From the NCBI GenBank assembly GCA_037379345.1, contig CM074519.1, positions 16,470,742 through 16,534,741 on the forward strand: 64,000 bases of DNA, written 5' to 3'. The translations under genes and the position numbers were made by a program. Origin of the DNA: Perna viridis. Its lineage: Eukaryota. Within the stretch, counting starts at the first letter, position 1; each line of letters begins with the position of its first letter. This document shows, one piece after another, positions 62,601-64,000 of the stretch. The notes under the pieces are model-generated. The model did no database searches, was not told where the DNA came from, and saw only the letters and a list, made by a program, of their open reading frames with translations.

Positions 62601-63057
62601 AACGACGGTAGGTGTCAATAAAGTCGTAGAAAATATTTTTATTCAAATTTTAACAGTATTTTATTTATGTGACGCCGACTATAAGTGGAATTTGGATAAA
62701 AATACAATATCGCAGTGCCCTTACAGTGGTAGCGCAATGTTGGTCTAATGGTCTACTATTTATCTTTGGCCTAACTGGTTTTCAAGGGTCCAATTAAGCA
62801 GATGATAGGTTATGATCGAATGATTGATTGACCAACTTTGAAATTTCACGAAATGTTACATGGCACCGAGCTATGTGTAACGTCGAGTAACACATATTTG
62901 CTTGCAAATAGTTTTTTTTTCTGTTAGTTTATATCAATTTAAACTGAAATTTTCAATCATGATTTATTTTCTGTTCCATGGTGTGTTGGTGTAATAATTA
63001 TAATTATATACTCACTATGAATATCATTACGATAAACTGATTTCATTGGATAATCGG
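59310..63057 (-). CDS. VWA + 2x chitin-binding (CBM14/ChtBD2) protein, Pif/BMSP-like; 5' part probably beyond the window
   Basis: Phase 1-1 exons 63016-63057 (tentative), 61331-61894 (VWA), 61065-61124, and terminal exon 59310-59671 with TGA. Confidence 0.75.
61065..61124 (-). CDS. Short linker exon (SDPGMFVTSGPDTLGNCNI)
   Basis: 60 nt, AG/GTAAGT boundaries, phase 1-1. Confidence 0.65.
61331..61894 (-). CDS. VWA domain exon
   Basis: IVFVI first strand, RKKIILIFLT, A.ELKQSGIIFYVI, L.IASDP; tttcag acceptor and gtaagt donor. Confidence 0.85.
62046..62684. mobile_element. MITE with about 130-bp TIRs in an intron of the VWA-CBM14 gene
   Basis: 62046-62178 is a close inverted copy of 62553-62684. 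Confidence 0.85.
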
Positions 63058-63169
63058 CTTTATAAATGATGTTTCATAAGTCGATAAAACGCAGTAATTT
63101 ATATAATAATTATATATGTCACGACGACAAGTAAGTGGACTACTTGCAGAACACTACCGCCGTTAGTAA

Positions 63170-63853
63170 AAATAGATCATAGGGGTCAGAGTAGTTTTTT
63201 CGGATATATCTCCAAAACCGTTAGTTTTAGCCAAATTCTAACATTGGGTAAAAGTGTTCAGCATGATAAGATATATCTGTCCAGTTACATCATGTTGGAG
63301 TTATTGTCCTTTTTCGACGTTTTTCTTTTTTTTTTTTTTGCTATTGTTAATGTTATTTCTTGCAAAAATCTTCTCCTCTGACATGACTTGATCAATTGGA
63401 TCCAAATTGGTATAAATGTCCCTTGAGGTATACTGCATAGAATTGATGTGGAGATATTCTAATCGTCGAAAACAGGACCGTTGTTACTAAAAATAGAACA
63501 TAGGGGTCCGACAGTAGTTTTTCGCATATATATCAAAAACCGTTAGGTTTAGCCTAATTCTTTCAATAGCTGAATTATCCTTATTATTAGGACTACAAAA
63601 GTCTTCAGGGATAAAAGTTGTCACACAACTCCTTGTTAGAGTTATTGGCCCTGAAAGGGGAAAATGACGGTTTTTTACAGTTTTTAGCCAATATCTTGAA
63701 AACTTTACTAGGTAGAAAGAAACTTTCCATCGTTGAAATGATATCTATGATAAGCCCTACCAAAGTCTTCCGGAGTAAAATTGTTGGACAACTTCTTGTT
63801 AAATTGATTGCCATTGAAAGGCAAAATTCAACCAACCTGGGAGCCTCTTGTTT
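63170..63853. mobile_element. HINE-type element with internal repeats
   Basis: Repeated AAAATAGA.CATAGGGGTC units; GGGAGCCTCTTGTTT terminus as at 16030. Confidence 0.55.
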
Positions 63854-64000
63854 TTATCACTGGGTATTGCTTATTTTCTATGAAATCTAAATCGAATAGC
63901 ATAAAATTAAGAGAAATTGACCGTTTCATTTTTTATGTATCTTTAGAGTGTAAAAGGGTTATCCGTAGCACATTATTGAAAATGTACGTGTACCGTACGG

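Noticed and set aside
952-63890. Most 60-140 aa ORFs in the supplied track
   Set aside because: They are antisense shadows of real exons or LINEs, or low-complexity frames in AT-rich introns and repeats

Overview
AT-rich, intron-rich eukaryotic genomic DNA, most consistent with a bivalve mollusc (inferred from gene families and repeat types). I reconstructed three spliced genes by hand, with consistent GT-AG phases. (1) A complete + strand 6-exon gene (4628-23236, 354 aa) encodes signal peptide, C-type lectin domain (EPN/WND), Ig domain, CxCxC/coiled-coil stalk and a transmembrane helix. (2) A complete - strand 14-exon SLC5A/SGLT-type Na+/sugar cotransporter (46780-24662, 655 aa) lies convergent with it. 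(3) The 3' part of a - strand gene encodes a MIDAS-degenerate VWA domain plus two chitin-binding (CBM14) domains (Pif/BMSP-like shell-matrix architecture). The rest is mostly transposable elements. The most notable is a nested structure in lectin intron 3: an IS3EU-type foldback MITE (6-bp TSD AACTTA) contains a 5.9-kb IS3EU element with a DDE transposase ORF, which in turn holds a LINE 3' fragment and a Helentron-type element carrying a 9-bp-TSD MITE. Also present are two decayed CR1-group LINEs, Penelope-like fragments, many MITEs, a full-length SINE-like retroposon with a pseudoknot (non-tRNA) head, and candidate hammerhead ribozymes and other structured repeats. No CRISPR array, rRNA or convincing tRNA gene was found. 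Family assignments come from motif recognition, not database searches.
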